From: a virus
Taxonomy: Duplodnaviria; Caudoviricetes
Virus record (IMG/VR): IMGVR_UViG_3300030376_003877
Location: 19,486-83,485 of that record
Reading direction: 5' to 3' (one strand)
Length of the DNA: 64,000 bases
The notes beneath the pieces were generated by a model, which saw only the letters and a program-made list of their open reading frames with translations, ran no database searches and was not told the DNA's origin. A program made the position numbers and the translations under genes. Positions within the stretch are counted from its first letter, which is position 1; each line of letters begins with the position of its first letter. Of this stretch, positions 52,826 to 60,069 are shown piece after piece.

Positions 52826-53227
52826 TTACCTAGTGGGTTCTAATGCAACGGAGAGTTCTTGTGCTGGTACATCTATACCTACAATTCTATATTGTAGTCT
52901 ACAGTCAAAACGATACTTATCAGGATTTCCCTTGACTTTAACAGAAATGAGTCTTACTCTTGGTTCAAACAAACCAATAGTATCTTCAATTTCAGTTTGA
53001 ATTGCTGCAGCAGTACGGGTATCAATCTGCCCAAAGAGTAGATTGCTTACGTTTGATCCTAAAGCAGGATTAAATGGTTTTTCACCAGGTATTGTAAGAA
53101 GCAAGTTGCGAATAGAACGAGCAATAGCATTTTCATTCGTCAGTCCAATCAAATCTCTTTTAAGAGGATCGATTTTAAAAGACGCACTTAAATCTTTAAA
53201 TGTCTTACTGGTCCTTTGAACTGGCAA
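52826..53227 (-). CDS. g25: baseplate wedge subunit gp25
   Basis: AIARSIRNLLLT.PGEKPFNP.LGS, FEPRV. Confidence 0.94.
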   Translation of the reverse strand: MPVQRTSKTFKDLSASFKIDPLKRDLIGLTNENAIARSIRNLLLTIPGEKPFNPALGSNVSNLLFGQIDTRTAAAIQTEIEDTIGLFEPRVRLISVKVKGNPDKYRFDCRLQYRIVGIDVPAQELSVALEPTR

Positions 53228-53259
53228 AATAATACAAGAATTCTACCTTATTTAGACGC

Positions 53260-53421
53260 TTAATCCTCAGTTAATGTTATTGGTTTAGAACCACAAGAGC
53301 ACTGATGATCAGGGTCAGAACAATCAGTTGTTTCAAAAAGTCCGTCTTCATTAATATTCTTACGTTGTTTAGGAGTTTGTTCATCATTTGCAATCTCCCT
53401 TAAAAAGTTATTCTCAGGCAT
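53260..53421 (-). CDS. small Cys/His hypothetical protein (53 aa), not in track
   Basis: Manual translation MPENNFLREIANDEQTPKQRKNINEDGLFETTDCSDPDHQCSCGSKPITLTED*. Confidence 0.55.
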   Translation of the reverse strand: MPENNFLREIANDEQTPKQRKNINEDGLFETTDCSDPDHQCSCGSKPITLTED

Positions 53422-53459
53422 CGTTTTATATTTCAAATATTACACATATGTATCTAGAC

Positions 53460-53485
53460 AAAAAAAGAGACCCGAAGGTCTCTTT
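53460..53485 (-). terminator. rho-independent terminator with a cUUCGg tetraloop
   Basis: Minus strand AAAGAGACC-TTCG-GGTCTCTTT-TTTT. Confidence 0.92.
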
Positions 53486-53491
53486 ATTATA

Positions 53492-53638
53492 TTATCGTCC
53501 TTGACCACGATAACGCTTTGGTTTTACATTACCACTACTAGCAGCATACTTTGTATGCTTTCCTGATCCTTGTCGTGTCTTCTTAGGTTGAGACTCAATC
53601 ATTGTTTGTCCCAATAGAGACTTTTTAATCTTTGCCAT
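53492..53638 (-). CDS. small basic hypothetical protein (48 aa), not in track
   Basis: Manual translation MAKIKKSLLGQTMIESQPKKTRQGSGKHTKYAASSGNVKPKRYRGQGR*; terminator directly downstream. Confidence 0.75.
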   Translation of the reverse strand: MAKIKKSLLGQTMIESQPKKTRQGSGKHTKYAASSGNVKPKRYRGQGR

Positions 53639-53641
53639 AAC

Positions 53642-53797
53642 TTAATTGCTCCTATCAGTATAAAGTGATTCTAAGGTTCTTTTTACCTCTTGGTTTTTTT
53701 TATGTTGCATCAAATACTTATCACTTGATACTTCAGTAATAAGTGTCATTCTTGAAGCAAACTCTTCTGAACGATCAACTTGAAATTGATTTGCCAT
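53642..53797 (-). CDS. small hypothetical protein (51 aa), not in track
   Basis: Manual translation MANQFQVDRSEEFASRMTLITEVSSDKYLMQHKKTKEVKRTLESLYTDRSN*; fills the gap between neighbours. Confidence 0.55.
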   Translation of the reverse strand: MANQFQVDRSEEFASRMTLITEVSSDKYLMQHKKNQEVKRTLESLYTDRSN

Positions 53798-53807
53798 ATT
53801 GAATCTC

Positions 53808-54593
53808 TTAGATCACTCGCATTTTTTCATGCCCCACACGAATCCTTGGGTCACACCAAATCTTAAATCCTGCCTCAATAGCATCTAAACAAAATGAAAC
53901 ATCCTCTCCACACATATCTTGTACTGCACCAGATTCAAAGACTTGCATCTTTGGTGCAAACCATGGATATGTCATCTTTGGACTCTCAAAGACACCGTGC
54001 TTAATCATAACCCACCCGAATCCTGTATAATCTACAGTAAAGGGTTTCCGCCGTTTTTGAATACCATCAACCATCTCATGATTCATAACTCCCCCATTGG
54101 TTCGGAAATCATCCTCATCTAACCAGTGTGCTACTGATGTTGTGCGACCATCCTCTGTAGAATACCACCCGGATGCAATCTCTCGTTCTGTGCCGTCCTC
54201 AGCAATTGCCATATCGCATAACTGCCAGAACTTCTCTGAGGTAAACACAATATCACTATCAATCCATAACTGATAATCATACTGCAACTTTCCGTCCCAT
54301 GGAATCTGGTCAGGTCCACGCAATACATTCGCACCTAAACACTTACATCGTGCAAAGTTTACCATAGAACTATAGTCCTGTGAAATCTGAATGCTCATAC
54401 CATTCTGTACCATGTCGAAACATAGCTGGACAAAGTTCTTCATAAACGTATATGAACATCCCCTCCCTGGTAAACAGAATACAATCGTCTTCCCTTTCAT
54501 TCTTGCTTTGATTGCATCATAATCCCATTCTTCCTTGGAATCCTCTGATGCTTTCACAGGCGTCTTTGCCTTCACTGTAAATCCTTTTGCCAT
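53808..54593 (-). CDS. GT-A fold glycosyltransferase-like protein
   Basis: WIDSD (DxD), YTGFGWVMIK, GEDVSFC; start taken at MAKG. Confidence 0.75.
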   Translation of the reverse strand: MAKGFTVKAKTPVKASEDSKEEWDYDAIKARMKGKTIVFCLPGRGCSYTFMKNFVQLCFDMVQNGMSIQISQDYSSMVNFARCKCLGANVLRGPDQIPWDGKLQYDYQLWIDSDIVFTSEKFWQLCDMAIAEDGTEREIASGWYSTEDGRTTSVAHWLDEDDFRTNGGVMNHEMVDGIQKRRKPFTVDYTGFGWVMIKHGVFESPKMTYPWFAPKMQVFESGAVQDMCGEDVSFCLDAIEAGFKIWCDPRIRVGHEKMRVI

Positions 54594-54647
54594 CGGAATT
54601 AAATCACTCCATTTCAATCTGTATTTTAACGTATTATGTAGAGAAAG

Positions 54648-54869
54648 TCAATACGAACTTTCCTCTGCTCCATGGGCGGTTTCTTCTACTGCCTCATATG
54701 TTAAATCCTCAATACTATAATCAGTCTTCATAAAACCAACTATCGTATTGAGGATCTCCCAACTCTCTTTGAACTTATCCTCAGATAGATTATGCATTAC
54801 ACAATCACTCTTTAGATATATGTGAAAAACTTTATTGTGCCCAATTTTTTCTGGGGAAAAATTTATCAT
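54648..54869 (-). CDS. conserved cyanophage hypothetical protein
   Basis: Start reassigned to MINFSPEK; FHIY...HNLSEDKF...DYSIEDLTYE. Confidence 0.65.
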   Translation of the reverse strand: MINFSPEKIGHNKVFHIYLKSDCVMHNLSEDKFKESWEILNTIVGFMKTDYSIEDLTYEAVEETAHGAEESSY

Positions 54870-54961
54870 AACTTTTTTTACATCCTCATGCTTTATATAG
54901 AACTCACGGATACACACTTTTGTAGGTTAGGGTAGTAGAACGTTTTAAGGAAGGGGGGGTT

Positions 54962-54988
54962 CCTTAGGATAACCCTTAGGACCTTAGG
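54962..54988. repeat. three CCTTAGG heptamers following a G7 run
   Basis: CCTTAGG at 54962, 54974 and 54982. Confidence 0.7.
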
Positions 54989-55055
54989 GGTACGCTACGC
55001 TCCGCGTTTCGCCATCATAAATCCGCCATAACACTGTCATATTCACAACACTGTA

Positions 55056-55085
55056 AGTATAGCACATGTGCCCCCTATGTGTAAA
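55056..55085 (-). promoter_or_regulatory. sigma70-like promoter
   Basis: TTTACA-N18-TATACT on the minus strand. Confidence 0.6.
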
Positions 55086-55116
55086 ACAAAGAGGGCACTG
55101 TAAAACTCACATAGTA

Positions 55117-55263
55117 TCAGAAATCAATGGCGTTAAGTGTTCCCTCTGATGCGTCTGAGTTAGCGATAGATTGTGCCTCATCGGCAATCACATCGAGGAT
55201 ACTCAGAAGTTCTGAACCAGTGTTACCCTGAGACAGCATACCGAGAAATAGTTCGCGAGTCAT
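55117..55263 (-). CDS. small hypothetical protein (48 aa), not in track
   Basis: Manual translation MTRELFLGMLSQGNTGSELLSILDVIADEAQSIANSDASEGTLNAIDF*. Confidence 0.65.
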   Translation of the reverse strand: MTRELFLGMLSQGNTGSELLSILDVIADEAQSIANSDASEGTLNAIDF

Positions 55264-55354
55264 AATGAAGAAGAAAAATGTGAGTTAGTAAGCAGTTTAA
55301 AGTCATACTTAGGACTGTGTGTTAGTTGTTAGATAGTGTTGATTGTGTCCCTAC

Positions 55355-55383
55355 ACTATGGGGGAAGTTCAGAGGTTACTAAC
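55355..55383 (-). promoter_or_regulatory. early element copy 1 (GTTAGTAACCT-N12-CATAGT)
   Basis: Matches the 29-bp element repeated 8 times in 55.3-62.1 kb. Confidence 0.7.
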
Positions 55384-55421
55384 AATAATGCCCTGTTACT
55401 ATCTCTCAATCTTTCCCTTAT

Positions 55422-55450
55422 ATTATAGCACCTATGTGACTCTGAGTCAA
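55422..55450 (-). promoter_or_regulatory. near-consensus sigma70 promoter (leftward)
   Basis: TTGACT-N17-TATAAT. Confidence 0.8.
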
Positions 55451-55485
55451 GTGCAGTCCTGTGGGGGAAAATGTTGCTGGTGCTG

Positions 55486-55514
55486 TTGACTTTTGAGAGA
55501 AAGTGTGATATAGT
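55486..55514 (+). promoter_or_regulatory. near-consensus sigma70 promoter (rightward, antisense to the gene flow)
   Basis: TTGACT-N17-TATAGT with a TGn extension. Confidence 0.75.
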
Positions 55515-55525
55515 GCAGTCTTAGA

Positions 55526-55651
55526 TAACAATAAGAATGAGGGTTTCTAGAGACTTAAGTGATAGTAAGATCACAGGTTTTAAGGAACTTAAGTAACAAT
55601 AAGAATGAGGGTTTCTAGAGACTTAAGTAATGAATAGGAAGAGGGTTAAGT
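55526..55651. repeat. 34-bp-period tandem repeat (A-B-A plus a partial unit), each unit ending in the palindrome ACTTAAGT
   Basis: 35-bp exact repeat at 55526-55560 and 55594-55628; ACTTAAGT at 55553, 55587, 55621. Confidence 0.9.
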
Positions 55652-55658
55652 AAGGGGT

Positions 55659-55722
55659 TTCTCCACAGATTAAAGCGATTAAACCACATTTAACCCCACC
55701 TTTTCAACAGGGTTGTGGAAAA
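55659..55722. promoter_or_regulatory. cluster of three cyanobacterial-type DnaA-box-like 9-mers
   Basis: TTCTCCACA 55659-55667, TTTTCAACA 55701-55709, TGTGGAAAA 55714-55722 (exact reverse complement of TTTTCCACA). Confidence 0.55.
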
Positions 55723-55812
55723 CAAACAAAACACACATATACATTTAAATTAACATTAATAAACGTTTTTTTAATGAAAACCTGTTATTTATGAGTGTTT
55801 TCGGGGTGTTAC

Positions 55813-56016
55813 TTAGGGATTCAAATAGAACCAAGTCTGTGCATCATACACATCAAGTATCTCATCTTTGATATCATCGAGTTCATAACCTTTGAGGTTT
55901 TCAACAATACTCTCCACAGCAATAGTAATCAGATCATTCATATCTAACCCGTCAACAATCATCTCAGCATAGCGTTTCTTAAGACCTTCAAGATTGGTTG
56001 TTTCAGTGTTAGTCAT
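55813..56016 (-). CDS. hypothetical early protein
   Basis: 67-aa ORF, YAEMIVDGLDM; coupled to its upstream neighbour. Confidence 0.7.
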   Translation of the reverse strand: MTNTETTNLEGLKKRYAEMIVDGLDMNDLITIAVESIVENLKGYELDDIKDEILDVYDAQTWFYLNP

Positions 56017-56159
56017 TCGATTACATTTGATGGTGGATTAAGTAGTCTTTCAAGTGCTTCATTCCTTTCATTGATTGTTTCTGTAAGATTACTATCTAAC
56101 AGATCAATCATTAGATTAGCACCTAGTATAATGAAGATAGCAAGGAAGATAATTCTCAT
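56013..56159 (-). CDS. small predicted membrane protein (48 aa), not in track
   Basis: MRIIFLAIFIILGANLMIDLLDSNLTETINERNEALERLLNPPSNVIE*; ATGA overlaps with both neighbours. Confidence 0.7.
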   Translation of the reverse strand: MRIIFLAIFIILGANLMIDLLDSNLTETINERNEALERLLNPPSNVIE

Positions 56160-56503
56160 GAGAAGACATAACCATTAGTGAATGTTACGTTCTTATATAC
56201 TTTCTCTCCATTGATTGCACCTACAAAAAGTCTTACATACCACTGAAAATCTTTCTGAAATACACCTTCTCCTCTCTCACAAAACTCATCACAAAGTGCA
56301 TTGAGTCTGGACTTTGTTGTATTAGACTGATAACCACCATCAAAGATTGTCATGGTATCATCAGTTACTTCTGCAATCTTGTTACCATGAAGACGGACGA
56401 TTGAGGTGCTTGTTTCTTCATTGAAGTGAACTGTTGTGTTTGCATTAGACCAGTTTTGATTTGACTGGATTGCATTGCACATTTGGGATTCGATTTTTCT
56501 CAT
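56156..56503 (-). CDS. conserved phage early hypothetical protein
   Basis: VRLHGNKIA, TTKSRLNAL, QKDFQWY. Confidence 0.8.
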   Translation of the reverse strand: MRKIESQMCNAIQSNQNWSNANTTVHFNEETSTSIVRLHGNKIAEVTDDTMTIFDGGYQSNTTKSRLNALCDEFCERGEGVFQKDFQWYVRLFVGAINGEKVYKNVTFTNGYVFS

Positions 56504-56525
56504 GGTTGGTTGGAGTGGTGTCTAT

Positions 56526-56554
56526 ACTATAGAGGATCTTTAGAGGTTACTAAC
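56526..56554 (-). promoter_or_regulatory. early element copy 2
   Basis: GTTAGTAACCTCTAAAGATCCTCTATAGT. Confidence 0.8.
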
Positions 56555-56701
56555 ATTAACAGGTACAATACGATAGTTGTTGCGTTTAATTTTATTAGTA
56601 TAATACTCCAAACGTTCATATGCCGTGTTGCCATCTGATGTAGAGTTAATAACATCTATCCAATCACCTTTTTTTTCTTCTTGTACTTGAAGTTTGAACA
56701 T
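56540..56701 (-). CDS. small hypothetical protein (53 aa), not in track
   Basis: MFKLQVQEEKKGDWIDVINSTSDGNTAYERLEYYTNKIKRNNYRIVPVNVSNL*; ends inside element copy 2. Confidence 0.55.
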   Translation of the reverse strand: MFKLQVQEEKKGDWIDVINSTSDGNTAYERLEYYTNKIKRNNYRIVPVNVSNL

Positions 56702-56719
56702 GATGTTAGTTAGTGAGTG

Positions 56720-56920
56720 TTATTCGGGGCGAAGTGTAACTTTATAAATCTCAAAGTTTGGATATTGCTCCTTACATCTAGCATATGCTTTAGCAGGAGT
56801 TTCTATCATATAAGAGAGGATATCGTGCATCTCTTTTTTGGTATCGTAACCGTAGCAATTCCAGATTGTCATATGAAAATAGGAGTGGAAGTGATTTCTT
56901 TGATAGTGTCCCAACCACAA
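56720..56920 (-). CDS. hypothetical early protein
   Basis: ORF track; the true start is probably internal (MTIWNCYG). Confidence 0.5.
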   Translation of the reverse strand: MWLGHYQRNHFHSYFHMTIWNCYGYDTKKEMHDILSYMIETPAKAYARCKEQYPNFEIYKVTLRPE

Positions 56921-57045
56921 TATTCGTGGAAGATCTTATCATTCAGTTTGTGAGCATTTAGAGGTTTGATATTACTCTTGCGATCAAATCGAGTGACTTG
57001 ACCATCTCTATACTCTATGCGAATGTTGTATAACATCAAACTAAC
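56869..57045 (-). CDS. hypothetical early protein
   Basis: MLYNIRIEYRDG... internal start within track ORF 56869-57066. Confidence 0.5.
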   Translation of the reverse strand, partial: VSLMLYNIRIEYRDGQVTRFDRKSNIKPLNAHKLNDKIFHEYCGWDTIKEITSTPIFI

Positions 57046-57317
57046 TCCTGTTGATACTGCATCCATTGCTCTTCTACGACTTCATCTACACTCTCTTGAA
57101 TCACCTGATAGATGTAATCAATGTTTCCTACATCATCAAAGATTCTTTCTGCTAGTTCAGGATCTTCTACTGTGTTATCATAATCAAACTCACCATCTTT
57201 ATCCTTCAAGTGACAATCATTTTTGGTGTAAATCCAGGCAGCACAGTGTGCGTCTTCACCTTGATTTTCGATGAGTTGATTAACTCGCTGTTGCAGTTGT
57301 TTGAGAGTGTAGTTCAT
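57036..57317 (-). CDS. hypothetical early protein (CAAW family)
   Basis: TLKQLQQRVNQLI...CAAWIYT; similar to 60333-60596. Confidence 0.7.
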   Translation of the reverse strand: MNYTLKQLQQRVNQLIENQGEDAHCAAWIYTKNDCHLKDKDGEFDYDNTVEDPELAERIFDDVGNIDYIYQVIQESVDEVVEEQWMQYQQELV

Positions 57318-57356
57318 TTCAGAAGTGTGAAGTTTGTCGGACCATCATAACATTTT

Positions 57357-57701
57357 TTAACGAATATAAAGGAATGAACCGTAAGGATCTACGACCTCAG
57401 GGGTATTAACTAAGGACTCAAGAAAGAATCGAATACCTTTTGCAGGTGCTTTATGTGATGCTGGTTTGTAACACGCACCAGACTCTTTGTCGATGAACAT
57501 GAACACACCATTGTTTGAAAAACTGTTATCAGCATAAACCTTGAATTGATTCACCTTGATATATTTTTTACCTACACTATATTCTAACTTATTGTATGTA
57601 CTATGTCCAGATTCAGTTGTATTAACTTTCCATTGATTGTTAACAACTTCAAGTAAACATTCGGTTTGGAATTCAGTTTTGGATTGAGTGATTAATGTCA
57701 T
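57357..57701 (-). CDS. conserved cyanophage early hypothetical protein
   Basis: GKKYIKV...FIDKESG..YKPASHKAPAKGIRF. Confidence 0.8.
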   Translation of the reverse strand: MTLITQSKTEFQTECLLEVVNNQWKVNTTESGHSTYNKLEYSVGKKYIKVNQFKVYADNSFSNNGVFMFIDKESGACYKPASHKAPAKGIRFFLESLVNTPEVVDPYGSFLYIR

Positions 57702-57730
57702 GAGAGTAAAGTTTGGATTGAGTGTTTGAA

Positions 57731-57919
57731 TCAGAAAGGGTTAGACCATGACTCATACTTTTTCATGGTGATGTAACCTTCCTTACAAAGTTCATCAGTG
57801 AAGCAACTCCATGCCTCTGCTTTTGCGATCTTATCTGTTGCTGTACTGGTGCCCATTGTTGATGCTTTCCAGTTGTATCGGAACTGATCTAGTGCTTGTG
57901 CTTTGGTGATGGTTCTCAT
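57731..57919 (-). CDS. conserved cyanophage early hypothetical protein
   Basis: TKAQAL.QFRYNW...AW..FTDELCKEGYIT...W.NPF. Confidence 0.75.
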   Translation of the reverse strand: MRTITKAQALDQFRYNWKASTMGTSTATDKIAKAEAWSCFTDELCKEGYITMKKYESWSNPF

Positions 57920-57938
57920 GATTGGTTGAAGTGCTTAC

Positions 57939-57967
57939 ACTATAGAGGATCTTTAGAGGTTACTAAC
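57939..57967 (-). promoter_or_regulatory. early element copy 3
   Basis: Part of a 40-bp exact repeat with copy 5. Confidence 0.8.
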
Positions 57968-58154
57968 AATAATGCTTTCTCTTGATTCTTTCTATTTGCT
58001 GTATAATACTCTTATAAGAACAACGATCAGATGGTGTCTTTGATGTAACTATCGTTTCGTTAAGTTCTGGATTAAAATATATCTTATGTGTCTTTTGTCG
58101 TATTAAATGATAACCTTCGGATTGTAAATGTTTCGTGATTTGTAACTTCTTCAT
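57963..58154 (-). CDS. HicA-like (dsRBD-fold) putative mRNA interferase
   Basis: 63-aa basic; L..EGY.LIRQKTHKIY.NP....TIV...TP.D...SII.QI pattern with the conserved His. Confidence 0.55.
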   Translation of the reverse strand: MKKLQITKHLQSEGYHLIRQKTHKIYFNPELNETIVTSKTPSDRCSYKSIIQQIERIKRKHYC

Positions 58155-58381
58155 GCCTTATAATACTCCCCGATTGATTTACTTATTACAATCAGTTGTT
58201 CATGAACTTCCTCAATAAGGACTTGAATATCATTCTCCTCACCTAACATTGACATATGATCAACTTCACTCCAATCTTCTACATTAATACTTCCATCATT
58301 ATATTGTGGAGTATAATATAATGTGCCCTCACTATCAATCGAATAGGCACAACCATGATCATCGCAAGTTAATACAATCAT
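58151..58381 (-). CDS. hypothetical early protein
   Basis: Start reassigned to MIVLTCDDHGCAYSID. Confidence 0.6.
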   Translation of the reverse strand: MIVLTCDDHGCAYSIDSEGTLYYTPQYNDGSINVEDWSEVDHMSMLGEENDIQVLIEEVHEQLIVISKSIGEYYKA

Positions 58382-58385
58382 CTCA

Positions 58386-58568
58386 TTAACCTCCAAACAT
58401 TTGATCGAATAAGGACTGCCCTGATCGTTCATCAAGTTTCATCCTTTCATTCTCTCGCAAACAAACAAGGAAGTTAATCTGTGCTTGAATATCCTCAACT
58501 TCATTGTTCAGTTTCTCTTTTCTGAAGTTTAACTCCATGATTGATTTGTTGATTTCAACTGTAGTCAT
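58386..58568 (-). CDS. hypothetical coiled-coil early protein
   Basis: 60-aa ORF ending SLFDQMFGG. Confidence 0.65.
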   Translation of the reverse strand: MTTVEINKSIMELNFRKEKLNNEVEDIQAQINFLVCLRENERMKLDERSGQSLFDQMFGG

Positions 58569-58609
58569 AGTTTTACGGATTGTGAGGTTGTTGAGTTGTT
58601 CAGTAAGAT

Positions 58610-58822
58610 TCAGTTTGCGGCATCCATAAACACATCATAGAAACAATCAAATGCAGCAGGATCATGACAGAATGATTTGATTCCTGATTGGTCACATAAC
58701 CAATCATATGCCATATCAATGTCGGCACCTGTCTCCAATACAAAGGATTGTAACCCTTCAAGAGCATTTACGAAAGCAGAGTCGTTGAGAAGCATTTTTC
58801 TGTTGGTTGTAGTGGTGTTCAT
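58610..58822 (-). CDS. hypothetical early protein
   Basis: ORF track; the start may be the second Met (MLLND, 58795). Confidence 0.65.
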   Translation of the reverse strand: MNTTTTNRKMLLNDSAFVNALEGLQSFVLETGADIDMAYDWLCDQSGIKSFCHDPAAFDCFYDVFMDAAN

Positions 58823-58851
58823 ACTATAGGGGAACTTTAGAGGTTACTAAC
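58823..58851 (-). promoter_or_regulatory. early element copy 4
   Basis: GTTAGTAACCTCTAAAGTTCCCCTATAGT. Confidence 0.8.
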
Positions 58852-58855
58852 AATA

Positions 58856-59128
58856 TCAACCCACACATGCCATTGGAACATATTCTGAACGAGGCATCTT
58901 GTCGGTGTGGTAGTCAGTAACTGTTGCACCGCTAGCAATACGTTCTGCCCACTCATTACGTGCCATGAGTGCTGTCACATTGCTGTAGGATGTGAAACCG
59001 TTATCAAGAAATGTCACACGCTTGTTAAAACGACGAACCGTAACTTTCACGCCTTTGATTTCACATGACTCAGCAATGAATGCCTCAGGAAAGAAATCGA
59101 CGATACAGACAGAGTTTGAGAGTTGCAT
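58856..59128 (-). CDS. conserved cyanophage early hypothetical protein
   Basis: VDFFPEAFIA...RRFNKRVTF. Confidence 0.7.
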   Translation of the reverse strand: MQLSNSVCIVDFFPEAFIAESCEIKGVKVTVRRFNKRVTFLDNGFTSYSNVTALMARNEWAERIASGATVTDYHTDKMPRSEYVPMACVG

Positions 59129-59148
59129 ATGGTTTGAGAAGTGCTTAC

Positions 59149-59177
59149 ACTATAGAGGATCTTTAGAGGTTACTAAC
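59149..59177 (-). promoter_or_regulatory. early element copy 5
   Basis: Identical to copy 3. Confidence 0.8.
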
Positions 59178-59181
59178 TTTA

Positions 59182-60069
59182 TTACCTATTGAACTTGCCC
59201 TCTGTGAAGTTTACATAACTGAAGACAGTACGGTTCACTAACTTGATAGAACCTTCCTCACTCCAGTATACAAAACCCTCTCCTACAGTTTGTGTACCAT
59301 CAGGAAGAAATGTATCAAAGTCAGAGTATACAATCATACTATCAATCACGTCCTCTTTGAGTTCAATCACCCACTGATATAAGTTTGTAAGATGTGGACA
59401 ACGTAAGATAGTTGTGAGAACTCCATCATCTAACTCAACACCAGATTTGATCAACTGATTGATTGCTTGCTTCGCACGATTTGCTTGCTTAGGTGATAGA
59501 AACTTTACTGTGTCTGTGTTAATGATAGGCGGTTCAATCTGCGATGCAATACGATCAACAATTGGCATCACAAACTTGACATGTGAAGTATCATCGAAGT
59601 TTGTACGAATCGGAAGCGGTGCAGCATCACATAGTTCACCATCAATGTAATACTTTGTATGTGGTGCGATAACAAGTTTCTGATAAATCTTCTCTCCGAA
59701 GATATATGTTAGCGTGTTATTTGAAAATACTTCTGTTCTACCAAACCCAAGAAAATCACCCTGATATACACCATCAACGCGAGGCATATATTTCAGCATA
59801 AGATATAATATATCGGCAACATCATCTTGATGTCCAAAGTGTGTAAAGATGTCCTCTGTTGTATAACAAAGTCGAATCTTTTTCTTGTTGAATGCTGCTT
59901 TGGTGCAAACAAAAAACTTACCATTAGCAGGATTAGTTCCCCATACAACAGCAGGAGCACCATCCATCTTCAAACTAATATGATAAGCATTGCTATAAAG
60001 TGCATCAAAGATAGAAAGATCACCAGTCAAAATAGTGTCTTCTGCGTGTTCTAGGTGAGTGTTAGGCAT
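59182..60069 (-). CDS. ATP-dependent ligase-fold nucleotidyltransferase-like protein (DUF6267-like)
   Basis: SLKMDGAP (KxDG motif I), YQGDF, EGFV (motif IV), IKLVNR (motif V). Confidence 0.7.
   Translation of the reverse strand: MPNTHLEHAEDTILTGDLSIFDALYSNAYHISLKMDGAPAVVWGTNPANGKFFVCTKAAFNKKKIRLCYTTEDIFTHFGHQDDVADILYLMLKYMPRVDGVYQGDFLGFGRTEVFSNNTLTYIFGEKIYQKLVIAPHTKYYIDGELCDAAPLPIRTNFDDTSHVKFVMPIVDRIASQIEPPIINTDTVKFLSPKQANRAKQAINQLIKSGVELDDGVLTTILRCPHLTNLYQWVIELKEDVIDSMIVYSDFDTFLPDGTQTVGEGFVYWSEEGSIKLVNRTVFSYVNFTEGKFNR

Noticed and set aside
55526-55628. Two exact 35-bp repeats separated by a 33-nt spacer, like a CRISPR mini-array
   Set aside because: The spacer is itself a degenerate copy of the repeat (34-bp periodicity), there are only two exact copies, and no cas genes are in the window; treated as a tandem repeat
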